A stretch of 64,000 nucleotides of DNA from a virus (IMGVR_UViG_3300026766_000001:24336-88335), one strand, 5' to 3'. Shown: positions 8,693 to 18,148, counted from the stretch's first letter. The notes: generated by a model from the letters alone, not told the origin. A program made the numbers and translations.

Positions 8693-9633
8693 CCCGCGGA
8701 CTCCGTCTTGGTGGCAACCGGCAGCTCCTCGCCAGCACTCGTCTCCGGCTCGGCAACGGGTAGAGGTGGCGGCTCGGCGACCGCCTCGAGGGCCTCAAGC
8801 TCTTTCTCGGAGAGGCGCTTCCCGTCGAGCGCCGCCGCGAGAGCCGAACCCTTGGCGAGCTCGTCGTGAGTGACCTGCGCGGCCAGGATGCGCCGCAGGA
8901 GGACCCGCACCTTGGAGAGGGCGGGAGGGCGGATGGTCGCCAGCTTGGGCAGTGAGTCCGTGAGCGAGGAGTAGACCGCTACCGCATCCGAGATGACGGG
9001 CAGGCCGGCGATGATGGCCCACAGTCCGCTCTCGGCGCCGTTCGTCACCACCAACCAGGCCCGCGAGAGGACCTCGGCGAGCGGTTCATCGCCCGGCCAG
9101 CTCGTCTCGTCGTAGCCGCTCGCTGGCACCACTTCACCGGGGTCCGGCCGCCAGGTGATCCGGCTGTCGGACATCGCCCGAAGCTTCGCGACGGTCTCCT
9201 GGGCCCAGATGGCCACGGCGGAGGCTGTGCTGCCGCTCCCGGCCGCGCGGCCCAGGACTACGATCGACTGCGCCTTCACTCGCCGGCGCTCGGCGAGCTC
9301 GAGGTCCAGCGCCTCGAGCCGTTCGGGCGCCCCGAGATCGTCCGGAAGCCAGTCGATCGCGCCGGATCCGACGAAAACGCGGTGCGCTTCCGGCAGGTAG
9401 GGGGACCGCACGACGGCCACCGGCTTCTTGGCCGCGAGGTAGCTCGCCGCGATTTCGTCGTAGACGCCGTCGGTGCCGAGCACTACGGCGCCGGCGAGAT
9501 CGGTGCGGGCGAGCAGGGGGCGCCAGACCCCTGCCAGTTGGAAGGCGCCCTGGTGACCGAGGGCACCGAGCCCGGCCGCGACCGCGTCCACCAGCGGTCC
9601 GGACTCCTGCGCGAAGATGCCGAAGGTCTTCAA
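8689..9633 (-). CDS. GT-B fold glycosyltransferase-like protein (KpsS/capsule-biosynthesis-like)
   Basis: Motifs IVVLG, ITWRPDP, L.EVL..AWLVVTNG.ESG..AIIAGLPV. Confidence 0.6.
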   Translation of the reverse strand: MKTFGIFAQESGPLVDAVAAGLGALGHQGAFQLAGVWRPLLARTDLAGAVVLGTDGVYDEIAASYLAAKKPVAVVRSPYLPEAHRVFVGSGAIDWLPDDLGAPERLEALDLELAERRRVKAQSIVVLGRAAGSGSTASAVAIWAQETVAKLRAMSDSRITWRPDPGEVVPASGYDETSWPGDEPLAEVLSRAWLVVTNGAESGLWAIIAGLPVISDAVAVYSSLTDSLPKLATIRPPALSKVRVLLRRILAAQVTHDELAKGSALAAALDGKRLSEKELEALEAVAEPPPLPVAEPETSAGEELPVATKTESAG

Positions 9634-9643
9634 GGTCGTCTCC

Positions 9644-10633
9644 CTACTGGCTGAGGATGAAGATCCCGGGTCCGAGCTTGTGGGACGAGACGACCAGGTC
9701 CCACTTCGTCGCGTCGGCGAGCGTGCTGTCGTCCGGGTTGTCCGCCGAGCCGGCTTTCCAAGACATGCCGCGCACCTTGAGCGTGAACGACCACTCGATC
9801 TGGAGGCGAACCAAGAGGTTTTCTGGAGCGGCGGTGGCGTCGCCGGTGACGATCGCGAGGTTTCGGCGTTCGCTGTTGCCCTCCTCGATCTCGACGGCGC
9901 CGCGAACCAGGGCGAGACTGTTGTACTTGTTGGGACTCCCCGCCACCAAGAGGGGAGCGATGTCGGTGACCACCGGGATCCGCCCGCTGGTCCCCGTGGT
10001 GCCCTGAAAGATGGCCAGCGCGCCGGCGGCGAACTCGCGGTTGACGATCGCGTCGCCGATCAGGTCGTGCCAAGGCTTCGAGTGCATGAAGAGCGTGACA
10101 ATCTCCTGCGCCCGGTCCCCGTGCTTGGCGAAGCCGTTGTTGAGATCGGGGAAGTTGAGCGTGGGCGTCGACGCGGCCGAGATGTCGAGCTTGGCGGTCG
10201 CACCGATCGCTCCCAGGCTGCCCAGAACGGCGGAGAGCGCGGTCGTCATCATGTTCTCGGCCTTGTGGGCGCCGAACTGCAGGCCGGCCTGCCGTTGGCC
10301 CATCTCGCTCGGCAGTCCGAGGTCCTCCCAATCCTGGAGGGTCCAGTCCTGGATGAAGGTACGGAAGATCTTGATCTCCCCGCGGCCGATGTTGGTGAAG
10401 CGAGTGGGCGTCAGGTTCCCCGTGCTGCTGGGGTTGCGGCGTTGCACCTGGCCGCTGGTGTTGGTGAAGAAGTTGGTGGTCCGGCGCCGCCCGGCGAAGC
10501 CGCCGCCGGGGGTGATCTGGATGGCGCCACCGCCGGAAGCGTCGAAGCCGGTGATGATGTCCGCGAGCCCTTCGTACTCCGCCGTTGAGAATACCGGCTC
10601 GAAGAAGGTCAGTCCCGAGCTACTGGTCCCCAT
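9644..10633 (-). CDS. Major capsid protein, 329 aa
   Basis: FDASGGGAI near the N-terminus and W..V.SS.KLGPG at the C-terminus resemble the gp13-like capsid family; directly follows the scaffold gene. Confidence 0.85.
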   Translation of the reverse strand: MGTSSSGLTFFEPVFSTAEYEGLADIITGFDASGGGAIQITPGGGFAGRRRTTNFFTNTSGQVQRRNPSSTGNLTPTRFTNIGRGEIKIFRTFIQDWTLQDWEDLGLPSEMGQRQAGLQFGAHKAENMMTTALSAVLGSLGAIGATAKLDISAASTPTLNFPDLNNGFAKHGDRAQEIVTLFMHSKPWHDLIGDAIVNREFAAGALAIFQGTTGTSGRIPVVTDIAPLLVAGSPNKYNSLALVRGAVEIEEGNSERRNLAIVTGDATAAPENLLVRLQIEWSFTLKVRGMSWKAGSADNPDDSTLADATKWDLVVSSHKLGPGIFILSQ

Positions 10634-10689
10634 GGTCTTGCTCTCCTGTCAAAGGCCCCCGGGCCATGCGGACCAGTCGAGGGCTAGGG

Positions 10690-11580
10690 TTAGGCCGCCG
10701 CCTCCTTGCTCTTGCTGAAGCGGGCGGCGTTGTGAGCGTCGACGGCCTTCTTGTAGCCGTCCGGATCCTTGGCGGAGAAGGCGAGCTTCTCGTCTTCGGT
10801 CATCGACTTGAAGGGCTTGTTCGGTCCGCCGGCGACGTCGTTGGTCTCGGTGCCGGAGCCTTTGCCCTTGCTGACGAAGCAATACTGGAGGTGGCCGAAC
10901 GGCCCCTTGCCGGCGCGGGTCTGCTCCAGGAACTCCCGCGGAGTCATCAACCCGTCGGGCCCACTGCCCGGCATATAGGCGCCGTTGCTCTTGAACCTCG
11001 CGACCGGGAAAGGTAGCCCGTCAACTTGCTTGCGCTCGATGATCCCGGAGACTTCGCCGATCAAATGGTTCCAGGCGCCATCGTGGACGAACTTGAAGTC
11101 CTCCGGCATCGCTCCGAGCACCAACTCCTTGGCGGCGAAGGAGAGCATGACCTCGCGATCCAGGTCCTTGACCTTGGTCTCCAGCTCGGTGATCTTGGTC
11201 TTGTCGGCCTTGGTGACCTCGGCGAGCTCGGCTTGCTTCGCCTCGAACTTGAGCTGCGCCCGGCGATCTACTTCCTCCGAGAATTTCTTGGGGTCGGCTC
11301 CAAGACCCTGGGCCGCCAGCTCGGCATCGCGCTCCTCAGCTTCCTTCACCTTCTGCAAGACGCCCTGGAGGCCACCGAGCGGCTTGAGCGACTCCTCCAG
11401 CTTCTTCTTTTCCTGGAGGATCTCGTCGCGGTTTGCGAGGATGCTCTTCTTTTCGTCGTCCAGTGGTTTGGTCGCAGCCGCTACTGCGGCCGCCACTGCC
11501 TGCTGGATCGCCGCCTTGACGGCAGGATCGTCAAGGTTGGGTCCGCCACCGGCGGCCTCCTTCTTCTCCTCGTTCTCCAT
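10690..11580 (-). CDS. Capsid scaffolding protein
   Basis: Charged coiled-coil with a KGKGSGT motif and a C-terminal helix (MTEDEKLAF...GYKKAV); directly upstream of the capsid gene; SD before ATG 11580. Confidence 0.8.
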   Translation of the reverse strand: MENEEKKEAAGGGPNLDDPAVKAAIQQAVAAAVAAATKPLDDEKKSILANRDEILQEKKKLEESLKPLGGLQGVLQKVKEAEERDAELAAQGLGADPKKFSEEVDRRAQLKFEAKQAELAEVTKADKTKITELETKVKDLDREVMLSFAAKELVLGAMPEDFKFVHDGAWNHLIGEVSGIIERKQVDGLPFPVARFKSNGAYMPGSGPDGLMTPREFLEQTRAGKGPFGHLQYCFVSKGKGSGTETNDVAGGPNKPFKSMTEDEKLAFSAKDPDGYKKAVDAHNAARFSKSKEAAA

Positions 11581-11789
11581 TCTCAGCTCCCTTGGCCGGG
11601 ACTCCCGGCTCATGCTGCGTCCTGGGTGGGGCCTGTAGCCGTCCGGTACGGCCGGCGGCTCAGCCCCTTCAGATTCCGCCCCCAAGGCAGACCGTTGGCC
11701 ACCTGCCGGGCGGTGATTCAGGAATCAGGATAGAGGAAGTCCATTGCGCGACTTCGAGTTTTTGTCCGCCAAAAGCGCCGCCGCCCCCC

Positions 11790-11819
11790 TTGCGCCGCAA
11801 ACAAGGAGTGCTGTAGGAT
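11790..11819 (+). promoter_or_regulatory. Sigma70-like promoter, probably leaderless to GTG 11827
   Basis: TTGCGC-18 nt-TAGGAT; in-frame GTG 7 nt downstream. Confidence 0.45.
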
Positions 11820-12093
11820 GGGCAACGTGGAGACCGACGAAAGCGTGGTGGTCGAATTGAGCGGGAATCCGCCTGCGGCTCCCATGAGCGAGTTGAACGA
11901 GGCCGAGGCGGCGGAGCTCGCAATGTTCATAGCCGCCCTCAACGGGGAGGCGCCCGTCGTCGACCTCTCCGGGCTCGAGGCGCCAGTGCGCAAGGCGGAG
12001 TTCGCCCGCGTTTGCGACCGCGGAATCGCCGCCAAGGACGCCGGCGCGCCGTATGCCCTGGTCGAATTCCTGCTCGCGAGGTCGACGTCATGA
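11818..12093 (+). CDS. Hypothetical acidic protein (start may be 11827)
   Basis: First gene of a rightward operon with ATGA-coupled neighbours. Confidence 0.55.
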   Translation: MGNVETDESVVVELSGNPPAAPMSELNEAEAAELAMFIAALNGEAPVVDLSGLEAPVRKAEFARVCDRGIAAKDAGAPYALVEFLLARSTS

Positions 12094-12302
12094 CCGACCT
12101 CCCGCCCGACGCCTGGGACCGCGAGGTCAAGAAGAAGGAGCGACCGAAGGGCAAGGTCGCCTTCTCCCGCCGCGCGCCGCTCTATCGCCGGCTTCGGCCC
12201 GGGATCGTGGAATGCACCCACTGCCGCGAGGTTATGTCCGACGATGAGAGCAAGGCCCATACAAAGATCTGTCCGGTGATGCACTCGGAGCCCCGCCGCT
12301 GA
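12090..12302 (+). CDS. Small zinc-finger protein (CxxC...H..IC)
   Basis: CTHC...KAHTKICP; coupled start. Confidence 0.55.
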   Translation: MTDLPPDAWDREVKKKERPKGKVAFSRRAPLYRRLRPGIVECTHCREVMSDDESKAHTKICPVMHSEPRR

Positions 12303-12754
12303 TGACCGACTGGCCGGATTGCGATTGCGAGGGCAGAGAGGGCGACTTCGTCTCGCCGAACCCGGACGACCACGGGGCAGACTGCTCGCGGGGGCTGTTC
12401 CTGCGCGCACGCAACGAGGCGATCGCGAGCGAGGACGCGGAGGCATTCGAGCGGGCCGTGGGCGCCCAGAGATTCGCTGAGGCGGCGAATGCCGCATACC
12501 ACGCCACGGGCGACAAGCTGTCCGCCCTGGCCTACCTCGCCGCGCACTGCGGCGCCGACTTCGAGCGCCACGGCGCACGGGCCGCAGTCGACGGTCTCCC
12601 GCAGAAACCCGTCCCGCCGGCCGTGACCCTCGCTGGTCCCGACGCCGTCCGAGAATGGACGCAAGGCTACGAGTCGGTCGCGAACGAGCCGTCCGCGCCG
12701 GCCTTGACCAGCGCTTCCCCGACAACAACGTGCAGGCGCGCGAGAAAGGGATGA
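12302..12754 (+). CDS. Hypothetical protein with N-terminal CxC...H...C motif
   Basis: CDCEG...DDHGADC; TGATG overlap. Confidence 0.55.
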   Translation: MTDWPDCDCEGREGDFVSPNPDDHGADCSRGLFLRARNEAIASEDAEAFERAVGAQRFAEAANAAYHATGDKLSALAYLAAHCGADFERHGARAAVDGLPQKPVPPAVTLAGPDAVREWTQGYESVANEPSAPALTSASPTTTCRRARKG

Positions 12755-12838
12755 TCCTGAATGCGGGCCTACCTCGATGCTCTCCGCCACGCCTTACAAG
12801 CGAGGACGACGATGTGCCCTTCTAGGGAGACAAGGTAA

Positions 12839-13156
12839 GTGGCCCGTCTCGAGTTTGCCAAGCGGGCCGCCCTCTCCGAGGTGCTGAGAACGGCGAGGGA
12901 GCGTCTCCAGTGGAGCCAGACCGACGCGGCTCTGCGCGCGGTGGAGGCCCTGCGCGAGGCCGCCAAGGACGGCCACATGAGCCCGGCGGACCGTCGCTTG
13001 TGCCAGAACCTTGTCGTTACACGCCATCACGTCCAGCAGTTGGAGAATTGCCCGGCCGAGCCGCTCAAGGGCGAGAGCAGGATTCGCCTCATGGGACTGC
13101 AGCTCGCGCTCGGCCTCACCAGCGCGCAGGTCAACCGTCTGGCAGGAGGGATCTGA
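12839..13156 (+). CDS. XRE-family HTH regulator
   Basis: LRTARERLQWSQTDAA...VTRHHVQQLEN. Confidence 0.7.
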   Translation: MARLEFAKRAALSEVLRTARERLQWSQTDAALRAVEALREAAKDGHMSPADRRLCQNLVVTRHHVQQLENCPAEPLKGESRIRLMGLQLALGLTSAQVNRLAGGI

Positions 13157-13515
13157 TGCTGCGCCGGGATCGCAGGGGCCGCCTCCGCGTCTACCTCGGC
13201 CGATCCCTCGTCTCGATTCCGGGCTGGCGCCGGGTGCGCGTCACGATCCGCAGAAACAGGCGCTGGGTACGTGCTTACGCCTGGGTCCACCCCGCGTGCA
13301 ATAGCGGCGGGTGGCAGTGGGTTGGCCGATACCTTGAGTGGGAGCGCACCGGCAAGCGCCCGCCCACCAACACCCATATGCACCACCGTGATGGGGACAG
13401 GGCCAACGACGAAGCGAAAAACTTCGAGCCTCTCCCGTCGGTTGCGCACGGTAGATTGCACGCCTCTGCGGCCCGACGAGACGCCCAAGGACGGTTCGCC
13501 GCTGCTGCCAAATGA
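13156..13515 (+). CDS. HNH endonuclease
   Basis: HMHHRDGDRANDEAKNF...AHGRLH, followed by an RDAQGRF DNA-binding tail; SD GGAGG and TGATG coupling. Confidence 0.75.
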   Translation: MLRRDRRGRLRVYLGRSLVSIPGWRRVRVTIRRNRRWVRAYAWVHPACNSGGWQWVGRYLEWERTGKRPPTNTHMHHRDGDRANDEAKNFEPLPSVAHGRLHASAARRDAQGRFAAAAK

Positions 13516-13535
13516 TTGCCGAATAGAAGGAGACC

Positions 13536-13655
13536 ATGAAGAAGAAACCGTTTGGAGGCAAGAAGGCCGCGCCGTTCAAGAAGGGCGGAGGGCGCGCTAC
13601 CTCTCACCCGAAGACCGCTAAAGGCACGGCGCGGAAGAAGCGATCCACTAAGTGA
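13536..13655 (+). CDS. 39-aa Lys-rich micropeptide (not in ORF track)
   Basis: SD AGAAGGAG then MKKKPFGGKKAAPFKKGGGRATSHPKTAKGTARKKRSTK*. Confidence 0.7.
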   Translation: MKKKPFGGKKAAPFKKGGGRATSHPKTAKGTARKKRSTK

Positions 13656-13682
13656 GGGGGGCCTTGCTGAGGTGGCCCTGGA

Positions 13683-14222
13683 ATGCATGAGATTCGCTTC
13701 AACGCCCATCTTTGGCCGCACGTTCACGAGCTCTACCGGTCGGGGGCTGGCTCGCCGCGGCATTACTTCGAGGTCAGAGTTTTCCCGTCCCGTACCACGC
13801 AAGCTGCGGCTTACCGACGACTCGTCGCGCGCACTATCAAAACCCGTCATGGCGCTGAAGCTGGCGACGAGGGGCGAGCTAGCGGTATCTTCGTTCACCC
13901 TCGCCAAACGGCCGCGGTGGTCAGCACGTGGTCAGGAAGGGGCGGCACCTTGTCCAATCGCTTCGCGGTGGCCCTCTTCGCTCGCCGACTGCTTACGATG
14001 GAGTGCGTCTCGCACGAGGCCGTCCACGTCACGACCTCTCTTCTTCGCGGCCTTGCGCACGCCAAGGCAAGCGGCGAACGGAAGCTTAACCCCTTCGTGA
14101 ACCTGGGCCGGTCCCCCGGCGGCGACAATGAGGAGCGCTTCGCCTACCTCGTCTCGGCGGCCGTAGTCGCGATGCTCGAAGGCTTCTGGTCTGTGGGCAT
14201 CCGGAAAATCAAGAGAACATGA
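13683..14222 (+). CDS. Hypothetical protein with HExxH zincin-like motif
   Basis: SHEAVH...NEERFAY. Confidence 0.6.
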   Translation: MHEIRFNAHLWPHVHELYRSGAGSPRHYFEVRVFPSRTTQAAAYRRLVARTIKTRHGAEAGDEGRASGIFVHPRQTAAVVSTWSGRGGTLSNRFAVALFARRLLTMECVSHEAVHVTTSLLRGLAHAKASGERKLNPFVNLGRSPGGDNEERFAYLVSAAVVAMLEGFWSVGIRKIKRT

Positions 14223-14750
14223 AGACGACGATCCGCGATCCGCAAGTCTTCCTCGACGGCACGGACGTGAGCGCCTCGGTGACCTCGCTGTCTTTTGAGG
14301 TTGAGCGCCCGCCGCTTCCCCGTGCCTCCGCGCTCTCCCCCCTTTCCTTCGCGTCACCGATCGTTCGGGCGAGGATCTTGCTGCCACTCAAGCGCCTCGC
14401 CGACGCGACATCGCGCGGGCCTTGCGCAGCTACGCCTACACCTTCTCGACCGAGGACGAGCTGCAGGGCGGAGTGGCGGACGTCCTCCGCCGCGAGGGTT
14501 TCGATTTCCGGCGCGAGCGCGCGGTGGACGCGAAATCTCGCCCGGATTTCTTCCACGCTGAGTCCGGCATTGGCATTGAAATCAAAGATCGCCGGCAGCC
14601 CCGCCGCAATTGCACGCCAAGTGCACAGATACCTTGCCAATCCGACCGTCAACGCTGTAATATTTGGTCTCCAGTCGCGGCGACCACGGGCGTTATGTCT
14701 TGGCGTCGGAGAATCGCTTCGCGTTGGTCAACGTGAGTAAGGGGATCTAA
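14219..14750 (+). pseudogene. Frameshifted PD-(D/E)XK nuclease-like gene with tail-tube-like N-terminus
   Basis: Joining frames gives EDELQGGVADVL...RPDF...GIGIEIK / IAGSPAAIARQVHRY...VI / LVSSR...NVSKGI*. Stop at 14750 abuts the next start. Apparent extra bases at 14584-14586 and 14663-14665. Confidence 0.6.
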
Positions 14751-15365
14751 TTGAAAGTCGGCACCAAAAGCCTGCTTTTCGGAGTGCACCAGTTCCTTCT
14801 GCATCCCATCTTCGTCGCGCTCGCGTGGCGCAAGTTTTACGGCGAGTGGCCAACGAAACCTCACCCCGACTACTGGCGGCGAAGTCGCGGAGAGCGATCC
14901 CCTCAGTGGCCGGTCTGGCTCGCCTTCCTCGTGCACGATTGGGGATATTGGGGCTGCGCCACGATAGACGGGGAGGACGGGAAACAGCATCCGCTCGTTG
15001 GAGCGCAGATTCTGGGGAGACTCTACGGGGAACAGTGGGGCAGATTCTGCAAATACCACTCGCGGAGCTTGGCCCGCCTCGACAAGGTGAACCCGTCCGA
15101 TCTTTGCGCGCCGGATAAGCTGGCGATCCTGTTCTACCCACGATGGCTGTATCTGCTCTTGGCGCGAGCCTCCGGGGAGCTTCTGGAGTACATGCGGAAC
15201 TCGGATTCACCAGCCGGCCGCAGCGTAGGCATCGACACTTCGACGCCCGAGGCGTGGTTCGATTCGACTCGGGCTTACATGCTTCGCGTGGTGGAGAAAC
15301 TGCGACGGGGAGCTGACGCGGGAGTGCCACCGGAGATGATGCGCTCGGAGGCGCAGGTGCCGTGA
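14751..15365 (+). CDS. HD-domain phosphohydrolase-like protein
   Basis: Metal-ligand pattern H...VHDWGY...QHP...YHSR...DKL. Confidence 0.65.
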   Translation: MKVGTKSLLFGVHQFLLHPIFVALAWRKFYGEWPTKPHPDYWRRSRGERSPQWPVWLAFLVHDWGYWGCATIDGEDGKQHPLVGAQILGRLYGEQWGRFCKYHSRSLARLDKVNPSDLCAPDKLAILFYPRWLYLLLARASGELLEYMRNSDSPAGRSVGIDTSTPEAWFDSTRAYMLRVVEKLRRGADAGVPPEMMRSEAQVP

Positions 15366-18148
15366 CTCAGACCTACGGTACTGCCACCCTCAAGGGCGCC
15401 ACCTGGCACGTGGAAGCGCAGCCTCACGTCGCCATGCTGCTCAAACGCTGGTTCAAAAAGGGCGACAAGGGTAACCCTGGCAAGCTGAAGCTCTCGAATA
15501 CGCTGGAGACTTGCCGGGATCTCGAATGGTTTAGCGAGCGGTATCCGCTGCAATTCGAGCCCGAGGCCGCTCTGCGCGATGGCGCCGCTCGTCACCGCTC
15601 CATCGTCGAGCGCATCGCCGAGTACAGCTCTCCAGATTTTCACCCACGCGCCCATGCGGAGCTGAGGATTCAGCCGCGCACCTATCAGTCGCGCAGCGCG
15701 GAAATCTGTCGCGCTGCCGGTAGTTTACTATGTGCTGACGAGTTGGGTTTGGGCAAGCAGCAGCCCGTCGACTCCAAAGTGCTTACTCCGTCTGGCTATC
15801 GACCCATCGGCGATCTGATGGTGGGTGACTACGTCATCGGTTCCTCCGGCAAGCCGGTCATAGTCACGGGTGTCTACCCTCAGGGCCTCCAAGTCAACTA
15901 CCGCGTGACCTTCAGCGACGAGTCTTCAGTGGAAGCTGGACTCGATCACATTTGGGCCGCAGATTATCTCCGCGGTGGGCGTTCTTGGGCTCGTTTGACC
16001 TTCACGACTCGTCAGCTAATGGAGGATACCCCGCTTCGCCATGTCCGTGCATCTGGCCAAGTTTCCTGGATGACCCTGAGCAAGACGAATCTCTATTTGC
16101 CGATGCTTTCCGGTCCTGTGGAATTCTCCGCACCACCATTGCCTCTCCCAGTCCCCCCGTACACCCTCGGGGCATTGATCGCTAATGGCTCGATGGCGCA
16201 CACCAACGTCGCTCTCACGGTGGGCACGAAAGATTGGCAACATGTTAGGTCGATGCTGCTCATCGACGGCCTATCCCTCGGAGCGTGCCATGCTTACGGT
16301 GGGGCCACGCGTTGTGGCGTTATCGGCTTACGACCGATGATCCGCGCCCTTGGTCTTAGCGTTTTGAGCAAGGTTAAGCGCATTCCACGCCAATACATGC
16401 TCGCGTCGATCACGGAACGCAAGGCTCTGCTTTGCGGACTCATGGACGGCGATGGCTCGATCAGCCCGGAGCGGAACCGGATCTCCTATCACACCACGAG
16501 CGAAGTCCTCGCTGAAGATGTCCGCGAGTTAGTCGAAGGGCTCGGAGGGGTCGCCTCCATTCGTTGCTACGACCGAAAGGCGGAAGACAAAGGTCTGGAG
16601 TTTCAGGTAAGAGTGCGGGTCCCGCCGTGGATACAGCCGTTCACGCTGCCGCGAAAACTGGAACGGTATCAGCCGAAGTTGAGGACGCACCCTGTGCGGA
16701 CCTTTAAATCGGTGGTGTATTCAAGGGCGGCGGAGTCGGTGTGTATCGCAGTGGATGCTCCTGATCAACTCTACGTCACCGAGCACGCAATTCTGACGCA
16801 CAACACATGCACAGGTATCACCTTGATCGCCGACCCCGCCTGCCGGCCGGCCGTCGTGGTGCCACCCGTTCATCTACAACGGCAATGGGCAGCCGAGTGT
16901 ATCAAGTTCGCGCCGGGGCTCGTGGTGCACATCATCAAGTCGACGAAGCTCTACCAGCTGCCGACGTTTTTCGGAAACATCCCGGACGTCGTCATCTGCC
17001 CCTACTCCAAGCTGGCGGCATGGGCGCAGGTCCTCGCGCAGCACGCGAAGTCCGTGATCTTCGACGAATGCCAGGAACTACGACGCAGCGGCACACCAGC
17101 GAGTCCCTCACAGAAGTACAACGCGGCAACGCTCTTGGCGCACGCTGCGCAGTGGAAGCTCGGCTTGTCGGCGACGCCAGTTTTTAACTATGGCAGCGAA
17201 ATCCATAACGTTTACGAGGTCCTCGCGCGCGGCCGTTTGGGCGAGCACGAGGAATTCGTCCGCGAGTGGTGTAAGCCCTGGAAGACGAGCGGTGGGCAGC
17301 ACGCGCTACGCGATCCTCGCGCCTTCGGCTCCTACCTTCGGGAGGTGGGCCTGATGGTGCGCCACACCAGGCGAGAGGTGGGTCGCGAGCTGCCGCCTGT
17401 GATCTCCACCGTTCACACCGTGGATGCGGACGAGGAGCGCCTGGCCCAACTCGAAGGGGACGCCGCGGCGTTGGCGCGAACCATTCTTCGCGACGTCGAG
17501 TACACGCGCGGCGAGAAGATGAACGCCAGCGAGGAACTTTCCGTGAAGCTCAGGCAGGCGATCGGCATCGCGAAGGCCCCTTACGTGGTGGACTTCGTTC
17601 GGCTGCTGGTGGAGTCCGGGGAGCAAGTGTTGTTGGCCGGCTGGCACCGCGAGGTCTACGGGATCTGGGCGGAGCGTTTCAAGCAGTTCGATATTCCCGT
17701 GTGTTGGTACACCGGCAGCGAGAGCCCGAACCAGAAGGAGGAGAGTAAGCGTCGCTTCGTCGCCGGCGAGGACAAGGTGATGATGATCAGTCTCCGGTCT
17801 GGCGCGGGGCTGGACGGCCTGCAGGAGCGCTGCAACGTAGTGGTGATCGGCGAGCTCGACTGGAGCCCGGCCGTCCACGAGCAGCTCATCGGCAGGCTCC
17901 ATCGCGACGGCCAACAGGAGCCGGTCCTCGCCTACTTCTTGGTTGCCGATACCGGCGCGGACCCGATCATGTGCAAGGTCCTCGGCCTGAAAAAGGCGCA
18001 AGTGCAGGGAATTCGAGAACCGCACGCTCCGCTGGCGACTCCTCTCTCCAGTGACGGCGCTGATCGCATGAAATCGCTGGCCGCTGACTATCTACGGCGG
18101 CGGGGACTCGGGCCTGCGACCCCAGGCCAGGCGGACGCCAATGCCTAA
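15362..18148 (+). CDS. SNF2/Rad54-type SF2 helicase interrupted by an intein
   Basis: Walker A DELGLGK|T, Walker B IFDECQ, motif III LSATP, motif VI QLIGRLHRDGQ. Confidence 0.92.
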   Translation: MTQTYGTATLKGATWHVEAQPHVAMLLKRWFKKGDKGNPGKLKLSNTLETCRDLEWFSERYPLQFEPEAALRDGAARHRSIVERIAEYSSPDFHPRAHAELRIQPRTYQSRSAEICRAAGSLLCADELGLGKQQPVDSKVLTPSGYRPIGDLMVGDYVIGSSGKPVIVTGVYPQGLQVNYRVTFSDESSVEAGLDHIWAADYLRGGRSWARLTFTTRQLMEDTPLRHVRASGQVSWMTLSKTNLYLPMLSGPVEFSAPPLPLPVPPYTLGALIANGSMAHTNVALTVGTKDWQHVRSMLLIDGLSLGACHAYGGATRCGVIGLRPMIRALGLSVLSKVKRIPRQYMLASITERKALLCGLMDGDGSISPERNRISYHTTSEVLAEDVRELVEGLGGVASIRCYDRKAEDKGLEFQVRVRVPPWIQPFTLPRKLERYQPKLRTHPVRTFKSVVYSRAAESVCIAVDAPDQLYVTEHAILTHNTCTGITLIADPACRPAVVVPPVHLQRQWAAECIKFAPGLVVHIIKSTKLYQLPTFFGNIPDVVICPYSKLAAWAQVLAQHAKSVIFDECQELRRSGTPASPSQKYNAATLLAHAAQWKLGLSATPVFNYGSEIHNVYEVLARGRLGEHEEFVREWCKPWKTSGGQHALRDPRAFGSYLREVGLMVRHTRREVGRELPPVISTVHTVDADEERLAQLEGDAAALARTILRDVEYTRGEKMNASEELSVKLRQAIGIAKAPYVVDFVRLLVESGEQVLLAGWHREVYGIWAERFKQFDIPVCWYTGSESPNQKEESKRRFVAGEDKVMMISLRSGAGLDGLQERCNVVVIGELDWSPAVHEQLIGRLHRDGQQEPVLAYFLVADTGADPIMCKVLGLKKAQVQGIREPHAPLATPLSSDGADRMKSLAADYLRRRGLGPATPGQADANA
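15758..16804 (+). mobile_element. Intein (349 aa) with LAGLIDADG homing endonuclease, class-3 signature
   Basis: Begins QQPVDSKVLTPSG, ends ILTHN|T. Block B DHIW, block F SVCIAV, LAGLIDADG-like LGALIANG and LCGLMDGDG. Confidence 0.9.
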
